Shown: positions 1-7,908 of the stretch, one piece after another | Position numbering within the stretch: position 1 is the first letter of the stretch | Layout of the letters: each line of letters begins with the position of its first letter | From: Planctomycetota bacterium | GTDB taxonomy: Bacteria > Planctomycetota > UBA1135 > GCA-002686595 | Reading direction: 5' to 3' | Assembly: GCA_016779225.1 (NCBI GenBank) | Contig: JADHNZ010000034.1 | Coordinates: 1 to 34,179, forward strand | Length of the DNA: 34,179 nucleotides | Program-made: the position numbers and the translations under genes | Notes under the pieces: model-generated | Databases searched by the model: none | Told to the model about the DNA's origin: nothing | What the model saw: only the letters and a program-made list of their open reading frames with translations

Positions 1-1644
1 GCCCTCGACAAGAAGACGCCGCTGCTGCGCTCGAACGAGGCCGTCTCCAAGGCTGCCACGCGCCTGCTGCAGCTCGTGGGCGAGTCCCAGGTGAACCGCG
101 TCAGCGCGAGCGCGGGGATCGAGCAGGAGTACTTCCTGATCGACCGCGAGTTCTACACCCTGCGCCCGGACCTGCTGGCCTGCGGCCGGACCCTGTTCGG
201 CGCGCGCCCCTACAAGGGCCAGGAGTTCGACGACCACTACTTCGGGAGCATCCCGACCCGGGCCCTGCGCTTCATGCACGACCTGGAGTACGAGCTGTGG
301 ACCCTCGGCGTCCCCGCCAAGACGCGCCACAACGAGGTGGCCCCGAGCCAGTTCGAGCTGGCTCCGGTGTACGCGCCGATCTCGATCTCCACGGACCAGA
401 ACATGCTCATCATGGCGGTCCTCAAGGAGGTCGCCGAGCGCCACGGCTTCGCCGCCCTGCTCCACGAGAAGCCCTTCGCGGGCCTGAACGGCTCCGGCAA
501 GCACCTGAACTGGTCGGTGGGCGACAACCTCGGCAACAACCTGTTCGACCCGGGCTCTACCCCCCACGAGAACCTCAAGTTCGTGCTGTTCCTCACCGCC
601 ATCATCCGCGGCGTGGACCTGCACCAGGACCTGCTGCGGGCGGCGATCGCCAGCGCCTCGAACGACCACCGCCTGGGCGCCAACGAGGCCCCGCCGGCGA
701 TCATCTCGATCTTCCTCGGCTCCCAGCTCGAGGAGGTCGTGCACTCGCTCATCGAGGGTCGCGCCCCGGCGGACGGCTCGAACGACGCGACGATTCGCCT
801 GGGCGTCACGAGCCTGCCCGAGCTTCCTCGTGACATCTCGGACCGCAACCGGACCTCGCCCTTCGCCTTCACCGGCAACAAGTTCGAGTTCCGCGCCGTC
901 GGCTCCTACCAGTCCCCCGCCTACCCGGCGGCGTTCCTCAACACCATCCTGGCCGAGTCCCTCGAGTACCTGTCCAACGCCATCGAGGGCGCTGGCGGCC
1001 CGAGCACGGAGAACATCCAGAAGGTCGTGCGCGAGACCCTGACCGCCCACCAGCGGATCCTGTTCTCCGGCGACAACTACTCCGCCGAGTGGCGCGAGGA
1101 GGCCGCCCGCCGTGGGCTCCTCAACCGCGCCGGCACGCCCGAGGCCCACGAGGCCCTGGCGTCGGAGGACAACGCGCGCCTCTTCGAGGCCTTCGGCGTC
1201 CTGTCCCGCGAGGAGCTCGAGTCCCGCTGGCATGTGCAGAGCGAGATCTATGTCAACAAGGTCAATGTGGAGGCCATGGCCACCCGCGACCTCGCGATGA
1301 CCATGATCCTGCCCGCGGCCATGGAGCACCAGCGCCAGCTGGCCGAGTCGATCCTGGCCCTCGAGAAGGCCATGGGCGAGGGCTCCGCCGCGGCCCAGAA
1401 GGAGGTCCTGCAGGTCGTCACCGACGCCATCGGCCGCCTGAAGGCCTCGGTCGACAGCCTGCTGGCGATCCAGGAGGAGGTCGAGCCCATGGTGGACGAC
1501 CTCGCTGCACAGGCGACGGCCTACCGCGAGCGCGTCCTCCCGGCGATGGGCGAGGTGCGTGAGGCCGCAGACCTCCTCGAGCGCCTTGTCGACGACGACC
1601 TCTGGCCGCTGCCCAAGTACCGCGAGATGCTCTTCGTCCACTAG
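1..1644 (+). CDS. glnN: Glutamine synthetase type III, C-terminal ~547 aa; the 5' end lies upstream of the window
   Basis: The reading frame is open from nt 1 ([11 protein letters not shown]...) and is in frame with the listed ORF 76..1644. It carries GS catalytic motifs ([12 protein letters not shown]; [16 protein letters not shown]). The length of this C-terminal portion fits the long type III enzyme. Confidence 0.8.
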   Translation, partial: ALDKKTPLLRSNEAVSKAATRLLQLVGESQVNRVSASAGIEQEYFLIDREFYTLRPDLLACGRTLFGARPYKGQEFDDHYFGSIPTRALRFMHDLEYELWTLGVPAKTRHNEVAPSQFELAPVYAPISISTDQNMLIMAVLKEVAERHGFAALLHEKPFAGLNGSGKHLNWSVGDNLGNNLFDPGSTPHENLKFVLFLTAIIRGVDLHQDLLRAAIASASNDHRLGANEAPPAIISIFLGSQLEEVVHSLIEGRAPADGSNDATIRLGVTSLPELPRDISDRNRTSPFAFTGNKFEFRAVGSYQSPAYPAAFLNTILAESLEYLSNAIEGAGGPSTENIQKVVRETLTAHQRILFSGDNYSAEWREEAARRGLLNRAGTPEAHEALASEDNARLFEAFGVLSREELESRWHVQSEIYVNKVNVEAMATRDLAMTMILPAAMEHQRQLAESILALEKAMGEGSAAAQKEVLQVVTDAIGRLKASVDSLLAIQEEVEPMVDDLAAQATAYRERVLPAMGEVREAADLLERLVDDDLWPLPKYREMLFVH

Positions 1645-1662
1645 GACACTAGGATCGGGCGC

Positions 1663-2367
1663 ATGGTCCTCGACCCGTGCGCCCACCCCCTCCACGAGGC
1701 GCCCGGCTCCCCTCGAGCCGGGCGCCTCGCGCATGGAGCGCGGAGCAGGCTCGCTCGCGCAGGCGCGCTCCTCGCGCTGCTGCTGCCTGCCCTCTCCAGC
1801 TGCGGAGAGCGCTCGCTGGCGACCTGGGGCGAGGGCGTGGTTCGCTTCGAGGGCGCCGGGCGTCCGCGCGCCGAGGAGGGGCCCTGGTCCCTGTGGTACC
1901 GGGACGGCCAGCTGAGGGCGCGCGGCGCCTACGAGGACGGCCTGCGCACCGGGGTCTGGGAGACCTTCTACCCCTCGGGCGGGCAGGGCGGCGGCGTCCA
2001 GTCCCGCGGGGAGCGCCTGCCCCTGCCCGACGAGGGCCGAAGCCCGCGCCAGGGCCCGTGGAGCTTCTGGCATCCCAACGGACGCCTCCTGAGGCGCGGG
2101 CGCTTCGAGCGCGGGCTCGAGGAGGGACTCTTCGAGGAGTGGCACCCCAGCGGCCAGGCCAAGGCCCGACTCCACTACCGGGCGGGCCTCCTCGAGGGGC
2201 CCGCGGAGGAGTGGTTCGACGACGGCAGCCCGCGGGCGCGCGGCGCCTACGCCGAGGGCCTGCGCACGGGAGCCTGGGAAGGATGGCGAAGGGACGGCAC
2301 GCCCGACCCGGAGCTGACCGGGGCGTTCCTCGAGGGGCGGCGCGAGCCCTCCGAGGCGCCGCGCTGA
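1663..2367 (+). CDS. MORN-repeat (YwqK-like) lipoprotein
   Basis: A hydrophobic stretch ends in a lipobox-like LSSC. It is followed by repeated G-x-W-x-x-W/Y-x-x-G units (GPWSLWYRDGQLRARGAYEDGLRTGVWETFYPSG; GPWSFWHPNGRLLRRGRFERGLEEGLFEEWHPSG). An AGGAT sequence lies 9 nt upstream of the start. Confidence 0.55.
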   Translation: MVLDPCAHPLHEAPGSPRAGRLAHGARSRLARAGALLALLLPALSSCGERSLATWGEGVVRFEGAGRPRAEEGPWSLWYRDGQLRARGAYEDGLRTGVWETFYPSGGQGGGVQSRGERLPLPDEGRSPRQGPWSFWHPNGRLLRRGRFERGLEEGLFEEWHPSGQAKARLHYRAGLLEGPAEEWFDDGSPRARGAYAEGLRTGAWEGWRRDGTPDPELTGAFLEGRREPSEAPR

Positions 2368-2434
2368 GGGCCGACCCGCCCGCGATCCCCCGGCGCTCCG
2401 CATCCCCCACGCCTCCCTCCGCGAACACTCGACC

Positions 2435-3889
2435 ATGAGCCGCCGCTCCCTCGAACGCCTCGCCGCCCTGGTCTGGATCGGGGTCGGCCTGATGCTGCTC
2501 GTGCGCGGGGCGCGCATGCTCATCGCGCACGAAGAGGCTGGAGGCTCGCCCTGGGGCTGGCTGGTGGGCGGCGTCCTCCTGGGCGCCGCAAAGGGGCGCT
2601 TCGTCCTCAGCCGCTCGGCCGCCCGCAACAGGGCGCGGATCGCCGCACTCGAGGCGCCCCGGCCGTGGCAGGTCTTCGCCCCGCGCTTCTGGCCGCTCAT
2701 CGCGGTGATGATGGGCTTCGGCTTCGGACTGCGCAGCCTGGCCGAAGGAGGCGTCCTCGGCTGGGGCCTCGTGGGCGGGCTCTACGCCGGAATCGGCGCG
2801 GCGCTCCTGGCCAGCTCACGGGCCTACTTCGGCGCGCTCCCCGCTCCGATCGACACCGGCATCCCGGCGGACTTCGAGCCCGCGAACCCGCCGCGCGGGC
2901 TGCTGGTGGTGAACCTCGGGACCCCCGACGCCCCCACCGCTCCGGCCGTGCGCAGGTACCTGCGTGAGTTCCTCGGGGACCCCCGGGTGGTGCGGCTGCC
3001 CCGCCCCCTGTGGTGGACGATCCTGAACCTGTTCGTGCTGCCGAAGCGCTCGCCACGCTCCGCCGAGGCCTACCGCAAGGTCTGGGGCGAGCGCGGCTCA
3101 CCGCTGATGTTCCACACCGCGGACACGGCCGCCGGCCTCGCCGAGCGCCTTGGTCCGCGCTGGAAGGTCGTGACCGCCATGCGCTACGGCCACCCCTCCA
3201 TCGCGCACGGCATCGAGCTGCTGGCCGCCGAGGGCGTGCGCGAGGTGACGATCCTGCCGCTGTTCCCCCAGTGGTCGGACACGACCTGCGGCACCTCCCT
3301 GGTCGAGGTGGCCCGGGTGCTGGGCAGCCGCCGCGACGGACCCGCGCCGCGCATGATCCCACCGTTCCCCGCGGACGAGGCCTGCCTCGCCGCTATGGCC
3401 GCGCTCGCGCGCGAGGAGGTGGGCGAGACGCCCATCGACCGCTGGGTCTTCAGCTTCCACGGCGTCCCGGAGCGCTATGTGCGCGACGGAGACCCCTACC
3501 TCGAGCAGTGCCAGGAGACGGCGGTCGGCCTGGCCCGCCACCTGGGCCTCGAGCGCGCGCAGTGGGAGCTCGTCTTCCAGTCGCGCTTCGGCAAGGAGCC
3601 CTGGCTGACGCCGGCCGCGGACGAGCGCGTGCCGGAGCTCGCGCGCGAGGGCGTCGGAAGCGTGGCGGTCCTCACTCCCGGCTTCGCCTGCGACTGCCTC
3701 GAGACCATCGAGGAGATCGGCATGGAGCTGGCGGACGAGTTCCGCGAGGCCGGCGGGACGACCTTCATCCGCGTGCCTTGCCCGAACGCGGACCCGCGCT
3801 GGGTCGCCGCGCTCGCGCGCCTGGTCGAGGAGGCCCCGGCGGCTGCCCTGGCCGTCAGCTCGGAGTCTCGGGTCGCGGCCCGGGCCTGA
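2435..3889 (+). CDS. hemH: Ferrochelatase with an N-terminal polytopic membrane extension of about 150 aa
   Basis: From about residue 155 onward the protein is ferrochelatase-like (LLVVNLGTPDAPTAPAVRRYLREFLGDPRVV, WTILNLFVLPKRSPRSAEAY, FSFHGVPERYV). The N-terminal region is hydrophobic and Gly-rich, and has GC3-rich codons typical of coding sequence. Confidence 0.8.
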   Translation: MSRRSLERLAALVWIGVGLMLLVRGARMLIAHEEAGGSPWGWLVGGVLLGAAKGRFVLSRSAARNRARIAALEAPRPWQVFAPRFWPLIAVMMGFGFGLRSLAEGGVLGWGLVGGLYAGIGAALLASSRAYFGALPAPIDTGIPADFEPANPPRGLLVVNLGTPDAPTAPAVRRYLREFLGDPRVVRLPRPLWWTILNLFVLPKRSPRSAEAYRKVWGERGSPLMFHTADTAAGLAERLGPRWKVVTAMRYGHPSIAHGIELLAAEGVREVTILPLFPQWSDTTCGTSLVEVARVLGSRRDGPAPRMIPPFPADEACLAAMAALAREEVGETPIDRWVFSFHGVPERYVRDGDPYLEQCQETAVGLARHLGLERAQWELVFQSRFGKEPWLTPAADERVPELAREGVGSVAVLTPGFACDCLETIEEIGMELADEFREAGGTTFIRVPCPNADPRWVAALARLVEEAPAAALAVSSESRVAARA

Positions 3890-3920
3890 CCCGCGCACCC
3901 GTCCGGCCGCCTGACGAGCC

Positions 3921-4754
3921 TCAGGGCGCGGCGTCCGGATCGTCCTCCTCGGGCCTGCGCATCGGGGAGAGCATGGCGCGGATGGAGTCGGGCGCGCGGA
4001 AGTACTGAGCAGGCCTCCCGGGCGCGACCTCTGATTCGTCCAACCGCATGCTGAGCATCTCCTCCTCGGCGCAGGGCTCGAGCCAGCCCGGGACCTTGCG
4101 CACCTTGCGCTGGAAGTTGCCGGGCTCGAGACGAACTCCCCACACGGCCTCGTAGACGCGGCGCAGGTCGCTGATCCGGAACGGCCCCGGCTCGAACGCC
4201 GAGGCGAGGGTCGTGTCCTCGAGGCGCTGGCGCAGGGCCTCGAGGGCGTCCTCGAGAATCTGCCGGTGATCGAAGGCCAGCTCGAGCTGCCCGTCGAGGA
4301 TCTCGTCCACGCCGATCAGGTCCGCGAAGGCCGCATCCGAGCCGGCCTGAGGGGTGGGAAGCTCGGGGATCACGGCCCACCAGGCCACGGTGACCACGCG
4401 CATGCGCGGGTCGCGGTCGGGGTCCCCATAGGCACCCAGCTGCTCGAGGTGGCGCGGCCCGCTCTCGATTCCGGTCTCCTCGGCCAGCTCGCGGCGAGCC
4501 GCCTCCTCCAGGCCCTCCCGTGGGAGCACGAAGCCGCCGGGGAGAGCCCAGGCCCGCTCGTGGGGCGGCGTGCCGCGCTGCACGAGGAGCACATGCAGGC
4601 GCCCGCCTTCGAGGGTGAACACCACCACATCGACCGTGACCGCGAACGCGGGGAAGGCCGAGGGGTCGTAGGCGGCGTCGGGCGATGCGCCGGCCCCCTC
4701 ACCCCCAGCACTGCTGGGGGTGCCGCTGGAGGGCCTTCGGCGGGCAGAAGCCAT
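3921..4754 (-). CDS. NUDIX hydrolase fused to a C-terminal NrtR-type winged-helix domain (Nudix-related transcriptional regulator-like)
   Basis: The NUDIX box is intact (GGFVLPREGLEEAARRELAEETGI = G-x5-E-x7-REUxEExGU). The C-terminal part has NrtR-like motifs (RRVYEAVWG, NFQRKV, GRPAQYFRA). Confidence 0.65.
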   Translation of the reverse strand: MASARRRPSSGTPSSAGGEGAGASPDAAYDPSAFPAFAVTVDVVVFTLEGGRLHVLLVQRGTPPHERAWALPGGFVLPREGLEEAARRELAEETGIESGPRHLEQLGAYGDPDRDPRMRVVTVAWWAVIPELPTPQAGSDAAFADLIGVDEILDGQLELAFDHRQILEDALEALRQRLEDTTLASAFEPGPFRISDLRRVYEAVWGVRLEPGNFQRKVRKVPGWLEPCAEEEMLSMRLDESEVAPGRPAQYFRAPDSIRAMLSPMRRPEEDDPDAAP

Positions 4755-4768
4755 GCCCGAAGACTAGC

Positions 4769-4804
4769 TTCTTATCGACTTGACACGAACCCCCGGGGCC
4801 ATTA
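4769..4804 (+). promoter_or_regulatory. Candidate sigma70-like promoter (TTGACA, 17 nt spacer, TATTGT) in the divergent intergenic region
   Basis: TTGACA lies at 4769-4774. It is followed by a 17-nt spacer and then TATTGT, which matches TATAAT at 4 of 6 positions. It points toward the ARH-vWA gene. Confidence 0.2.
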
Positions 4805-5190
4805 TTGTCCCCCATACAAAAAGCGCCAGGGGCCGCGTTCGGACGCTGCTCCTCCCGCGCTGGAACCTCCGCGAGACGCACCCCGCTCGCCTTCGCACCC
4901 CTTGCGGCGACCCAGCTGGCTCCCCGTCAGCCGCTCGCCCCTCCACACCGCCCCCCCTCGCTCCGCGGGGGGCTGCTGGCCCCCGGCCAGTCCTCGAGCG
5001 CGCCGCGTCGCGGCGCTGCTCTCCCCCCCAGGCCCCGCCCTGGAGGCCTCCACCCCTCCCTGGACCCCGCGCTCCCATCGGGCACGGCCAGGGCCCGCAC
5101 CCCGGACCTCAACGCTCCGCGGCGCAGCGCGGACACCTCCCCCATGGGAGGCGCCCCAACCCCACGAAGACACTCCAAGACTCCCAGACG

Positions 5191-6981
5191 AACTTGACGA
5201 ATCCCGACCTCCCCCCCTCCTCCTCCGACCTCCACGACGCCGACCGGGAGCTTGCCCGGCGCGGCCTCTTCCCGACCTCCGGCGAGCTGCCCCCCGAGGC
5301 CACGGCGCGCCTTGCCGCGGGTCCTGCCCCCGGCCCCGAACGCGTCGAGGGCGTCCTCCTCGGCGCGGCCCTCGGCTCTGCGCTGGGACGCCAGGTGACG
5401 GGCATGCGCCCTGAGGGCATCCAGAGGCGCTTCGGCTGGCTGGCCGAGCTTGAGGTGCCCCGCCGCATGCGGGCCTGCCCCCAGACGGATGACAGCCACA
5501 CGCTGAGGCTCACCCTCAAGGCCTGCATGCAGAAGGAGGCCCCGGCCGCCGAGGCCTTCGCTACGGAGCTGATCCAGCACCGCGATGCCCTGGCTCACCT
5601 GGGACGCGCCTCCAGCGAGGCCATGCGACGCCTCGCGGAGGGCCGCCGCTGGTGGCGGGCCGGCACTCCCTCCGCAGGCAACGGCGCGGCCCTGCGCGCC
5701 GCTGCGATCGGCCTGGCGTTCGGCGACGATCTCGAGGCTCTGCGCCGCGAGGCCGCGCGCAACGCCGTGGTCACCCACGCCGACCGCCTGGCCGTGGCGG
5801 CCTCGGCCGTGGTCGCCCATGCCGTGGCGCTCCTCGCTCGAACGCCCGAGGGCTGCCTGGTGCCTGAGGCCTTCCTGGAGCACCTCATCGCCGGACTGGG
5901 CGACCTTGGTGACGCGTACGGAAAGGACCGGCGCCCCGAGGCCCAGGGGAGCAGGATCCTCCTGGCCGAGCGCCTGCGCACCGTCGGCACGCTGCTCGGG
6001 CAGAGTCCCAAGGAGGCCTTCGGCATCACCCAGAACGGAGCCTATGTGCTCGAGACCCTGCCAGCAGCCCTGTGGTGCTTCCTGGAGCACCCCGAGGATC
6101 CCGAGCTGGCCATCCTGACGGCGGTGAACGGCGGGTTCGATGCGGACAGCGTCGCCAGCCTGACCGGCGCGTTCGCCGGGGCCTATCGAGGAGCCTCCGG
6201 CCTGCCGAGTCGCTGGGCCGAGCGCCTCGCCGGAGCACGGGAGTTCAAGCGGCTGGCCCGCAGGCTCGCGACGGGGACCCACGACACGAGCCAGGGCGCA
6301 GGCGCCGCGGATCGGGTGCATGTCTCGGTCCTGCTGGACCGCAGCGGGTCGATGGGGAGCATCCAGGAGGACACCCTCGGCGGCTTCAACGCGTTCGTCG
6401 CGAAGCAGCGGGCGCTCCCCGGGGACTGCCGGCTGACGCTGGTCCAGTTCGACACTGGGGACCCCCAGGAGGTCACGCTCGACGCGGCTCCGATCGGCTC
6501 CGTTCAGGACCTGGACGAGGCGAGCTACGAGCCTCGTGGAGGCACGCCGCTGCTCGACGCCCTCGGGACGCTGCTCGAGCGTCTCGACCTCCGCGAGGAG
6601 GCCGACCCGGACGAGCAGCAGCTCGTGGTGGTCATCACCGATGGTCACGAGAACGCGAGCTGCAGCTACTCGCGGGCTCAGGTGCTGGGGATGGTCGAGG
6701 AGCGCAAGGCCTCCGGGTGGGCCTTCGTCTTCCTCGGCGCGAACATCGACGCCTTCGGGGAGGGACAGTCTCTCGGACTGGGCCGGGGTCAGGTGGGCGC
6801 GTGGCGCCACACCCGTCGCGGCGTGAGGGACTCCTTCGAGCAGGTCGAGGAGGCCACGGCCCTCTACCGCGCGACGGGCCGTGCGGAGCGCGGCGAGCTG
6901 GCCTGCATGCTCATGGAGGAGGTGCGCACCCGCCGCTCCACGCGCCGTCCCCGCGCAGGCGGAAGCAGCCAAGAGGCCTGA
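5191..6981 (+). CDS. ADP-ribosylglycohydrolase (DraG/ARH family) fused to a C-terminal von Willebrand factor A domain
   Basis: ARH motifs are present: GVLLGAALGSALG near the N-terminus and NGGFDADSVASLTGAFAGAYRG near the end of the domain. The vWA domain has a MIDAS motif, DRSGSMGS, plus VQFDTG...GGTPLLDAL...VVVITDGHEN. The listed ORF starts at the ATG at 4780. The 4780-5190 stretch has many codons ending in A/T, unlike the rest of the gene, and the in-frame TTG at 5191 is the only plausible start before the conserved ARH N-terminus. Confidence 0.65.
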   Translation, partial: NLTNPDLPPSSSDLHDADRELARRGLFPTSGELPPEATARLAAGPAPGPERVEGVLLGAALGSALGRQVTGMRPEGIQRRFGWLAELEVPRRMRACPQTDDSHTLRLTLKACMQKEAPAAEAFATELIQHRDALAHLGRASSEAMRRLAEGRRWWRAGTPSAGNGAALRAAAIGLAFGDDLEALRREAARNAVVTHADRLAVAASAVVAHAVALLARTPEGCLVPEAFLEHLIAGLGDLGDAYGKDRRPEAQGSRILLAERLRTVGTLLGQSPKEAFGITQNGAYVLETLPAALWCFLEHPEDPELAILTAVNGGFDADSVASLTGAFAGAYRGASGLPSRWAERLAGAREFKRLARRLATGTHDTSQGAGAADRVHVSVLLDRSGSMGSIQEDTLGGFNAFVAKQRALPGDCRLTLVQFDTGDPQEVTLDAAPIGSVQDLDEASYEPRGGTPLLDALGTLLERLDLREEADPDEQQLVVVITDGHENASCSYSRAQVLGMVEERKASGWAFVFLGANIDAFGEGQSLGLGRGQVGAWRHTRRGVRDSFEQVEEATALYRATGRAERGELACMLMEEVRTRRSTRRPRAGGSSQEA

Positions 6982-7015
6982 CCCCCGGGGCCATCGCGCC
7001 CCCCAAGCAACACCA

Positions 7016-7073
7016 GGCCGACCGCTTGCGGTTGGCCTCAAAAAGGCGGAGGGCCGACCGCTTGCGGTTGGCC
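7016..7073. repeat. Two copies of a 22-nt imperfect palindrome, GGCCGACCGCTTGCGGTTGGCC (7016-7037 and 7052-7073)
   Basis: The direct duplication is read directly from the sequence. Each copy folds as a hairpin (GGCCGACCGC/GCGGTTGGCC). It shares a GGCCGACC core with the hairpin at 7082-7115. Confidence 0.7.
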
Positions 7074-7081
7074 CCAGACAA

Positions 7082-7115
7082 ACGGAGGGCCGACCCCAAG
7101 GGGTCGGCCCTCCGT
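7082..7115 (-). terminator. Strong GC hairpin (about 16 bp stem: ACGGAGGGCCGACCCC aa GGGGTCGGCCCTCCGT) just downstream of the tRNA 3' end; probable terminator
   Basis: A perfect inverted repeat is read from the sequence. On the minus strand it is followed by TCCGTTTGTC. It is positioned a few nt after the tRNA CCA end. Confidence 0.4.
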
Positions 7116-7121
7116 GTGGAT

Positions 7122-7198
7122 TGGTAGCGGAGGCGGGACTCGAACCCGCGACCTCAGGGTTATGAATCCTGTGCTCTAACCAGCTGAGCTACCCCGCC
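7122..7198 (-). tRNA. tRNA-Met (CAT anticodon), 77 nt with encoded CCA; elongator-type, but tRNA-Ile2 (lysidine) cannot be excluded
   Basis: The reverse complement reads GGCGGGGTAGCTCAGCTGGTTAGAGCACAGGATTCATAACCCTGAGGTCGCGGGTTCGAGTCCCGCCTCCGCTACCA. The D arm is GCTC/GAGC, the anticodon loop is TTCATAA, and the T arm is GCGGG-TTCGAGT-CCCGC. The acceptor stem is 7 bp with two G-U pairs. Confidence 0.9.
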
Positions 7199-7305
7199 AT
7201 CGAGGGCGGAGAAGGTACGCCGGGGGGGGCCGCTGGTCAAGGAGACCCGCTCGTCCCCCCCGCCGCAGGACCCACGCGGCGAGGTCTCCGCACTCTGGAC
7301 GCCGC

Positions 7306-7899
7306 TCAGGCGCCCCAGGTCCCCGCGAGGACCTGCTCCCGGATCACAGCCGGATCGTCCCCCGCGCAGAGCTGCCCCCGGACCGAGTGGTAGCCCATGG
7401 CCACCGTCTCGGCGCGGCCAGTGTCCGCACAGAAGATGCGGCAGGTGTCGATCGGGTTCGAGTAGAGGTGCAGCGACACGGCCCGGCCGCCTCGCGGGCG
7501 GATCAGGTGGAACGCGATGCCGTCGTCGATGAAGGCGACCTGTCCTGCCTGGAAGGGCTGCACGCGCCCCTGCTCGATGCCACCCGCGGCCGGAGTGCGG
7601 TAGTGGACCTCCTCCAGCTCGCCCTGCAGGACCCCCATCCAGCAGCGCTGATCGGCGTGGTCGTGGATGGGGCTCTCCTGGCCCTCCTCCCAGCACAGCA
7701 GCAGCAGCTCGTAGGAGCCACACCGCGCCACCAGGTTGCGCGTGTAGCGCTCCTGACTGAAGTGGGTCCAGGAGCGCCAGTCCTCATGGTCCGCCTGGTA
7801 CCGGGAGAGCAGCTTCGGGACGCCCGGACCGCGGGGGTCACGGTCGAACTCGGCCTCGAGGGCGCGACAGAGCTGGTCGATGGGGAGCGGAGAGGCCAT
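7306..7899 (-). CDS. Cysteine dioxygenase type I (cupin)
   Basis: The protein carries CDO signature segments (YTRNLVARCGSYELLLLCWEEGQESPIHDHADQRCWMGVLQGEL; FHLIRP). Confidence 0.8.
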   Translation of the reverse strand: MASPLPIDQLCRALEAEFDRDPRGPGVPKLLSRYQADHEDWRSWTHFSQERYTRNLVARCGSYELLLLCWEEGQESPIHDHADQRCWMGVLQGELEEVHYRTPAAGGIEQGRVQPFQAGQVAFIDDGIAFHLIRPRGGRAVSLHLYSNPIDTCRIFCADTGRAETVAMGYHSVRGQLCAGDDPAVIREQVLAGTWGA

Positions 7900-7908
7900 C
7901 TCCCGAGC

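Noticed and set aside
4780-5190. ATG at 4780 as the start of the ARH-vWA gene, giving a Pro/Arg-rich N-terminal extension of about 135 aa
   Set aside because: Third-codon-position composition in this stretch is unlike the rest of the gene. The start would lie only 26 nt from the divergent NUDIX gene start. The conserved ARH N-terminal motif begins far downstream, and the TTG at 5191 fits better.
6995-7198. Integrative or mobile element inserted at the tRNA-Met 3' end
   Set aside because: There is no integrase, recombinase or phage-like gene in either flank. I could not see a direct repeat of the tRNA 3' end within the window. The neighbouring genes are ordinary chromosomal functions with uniform composition.
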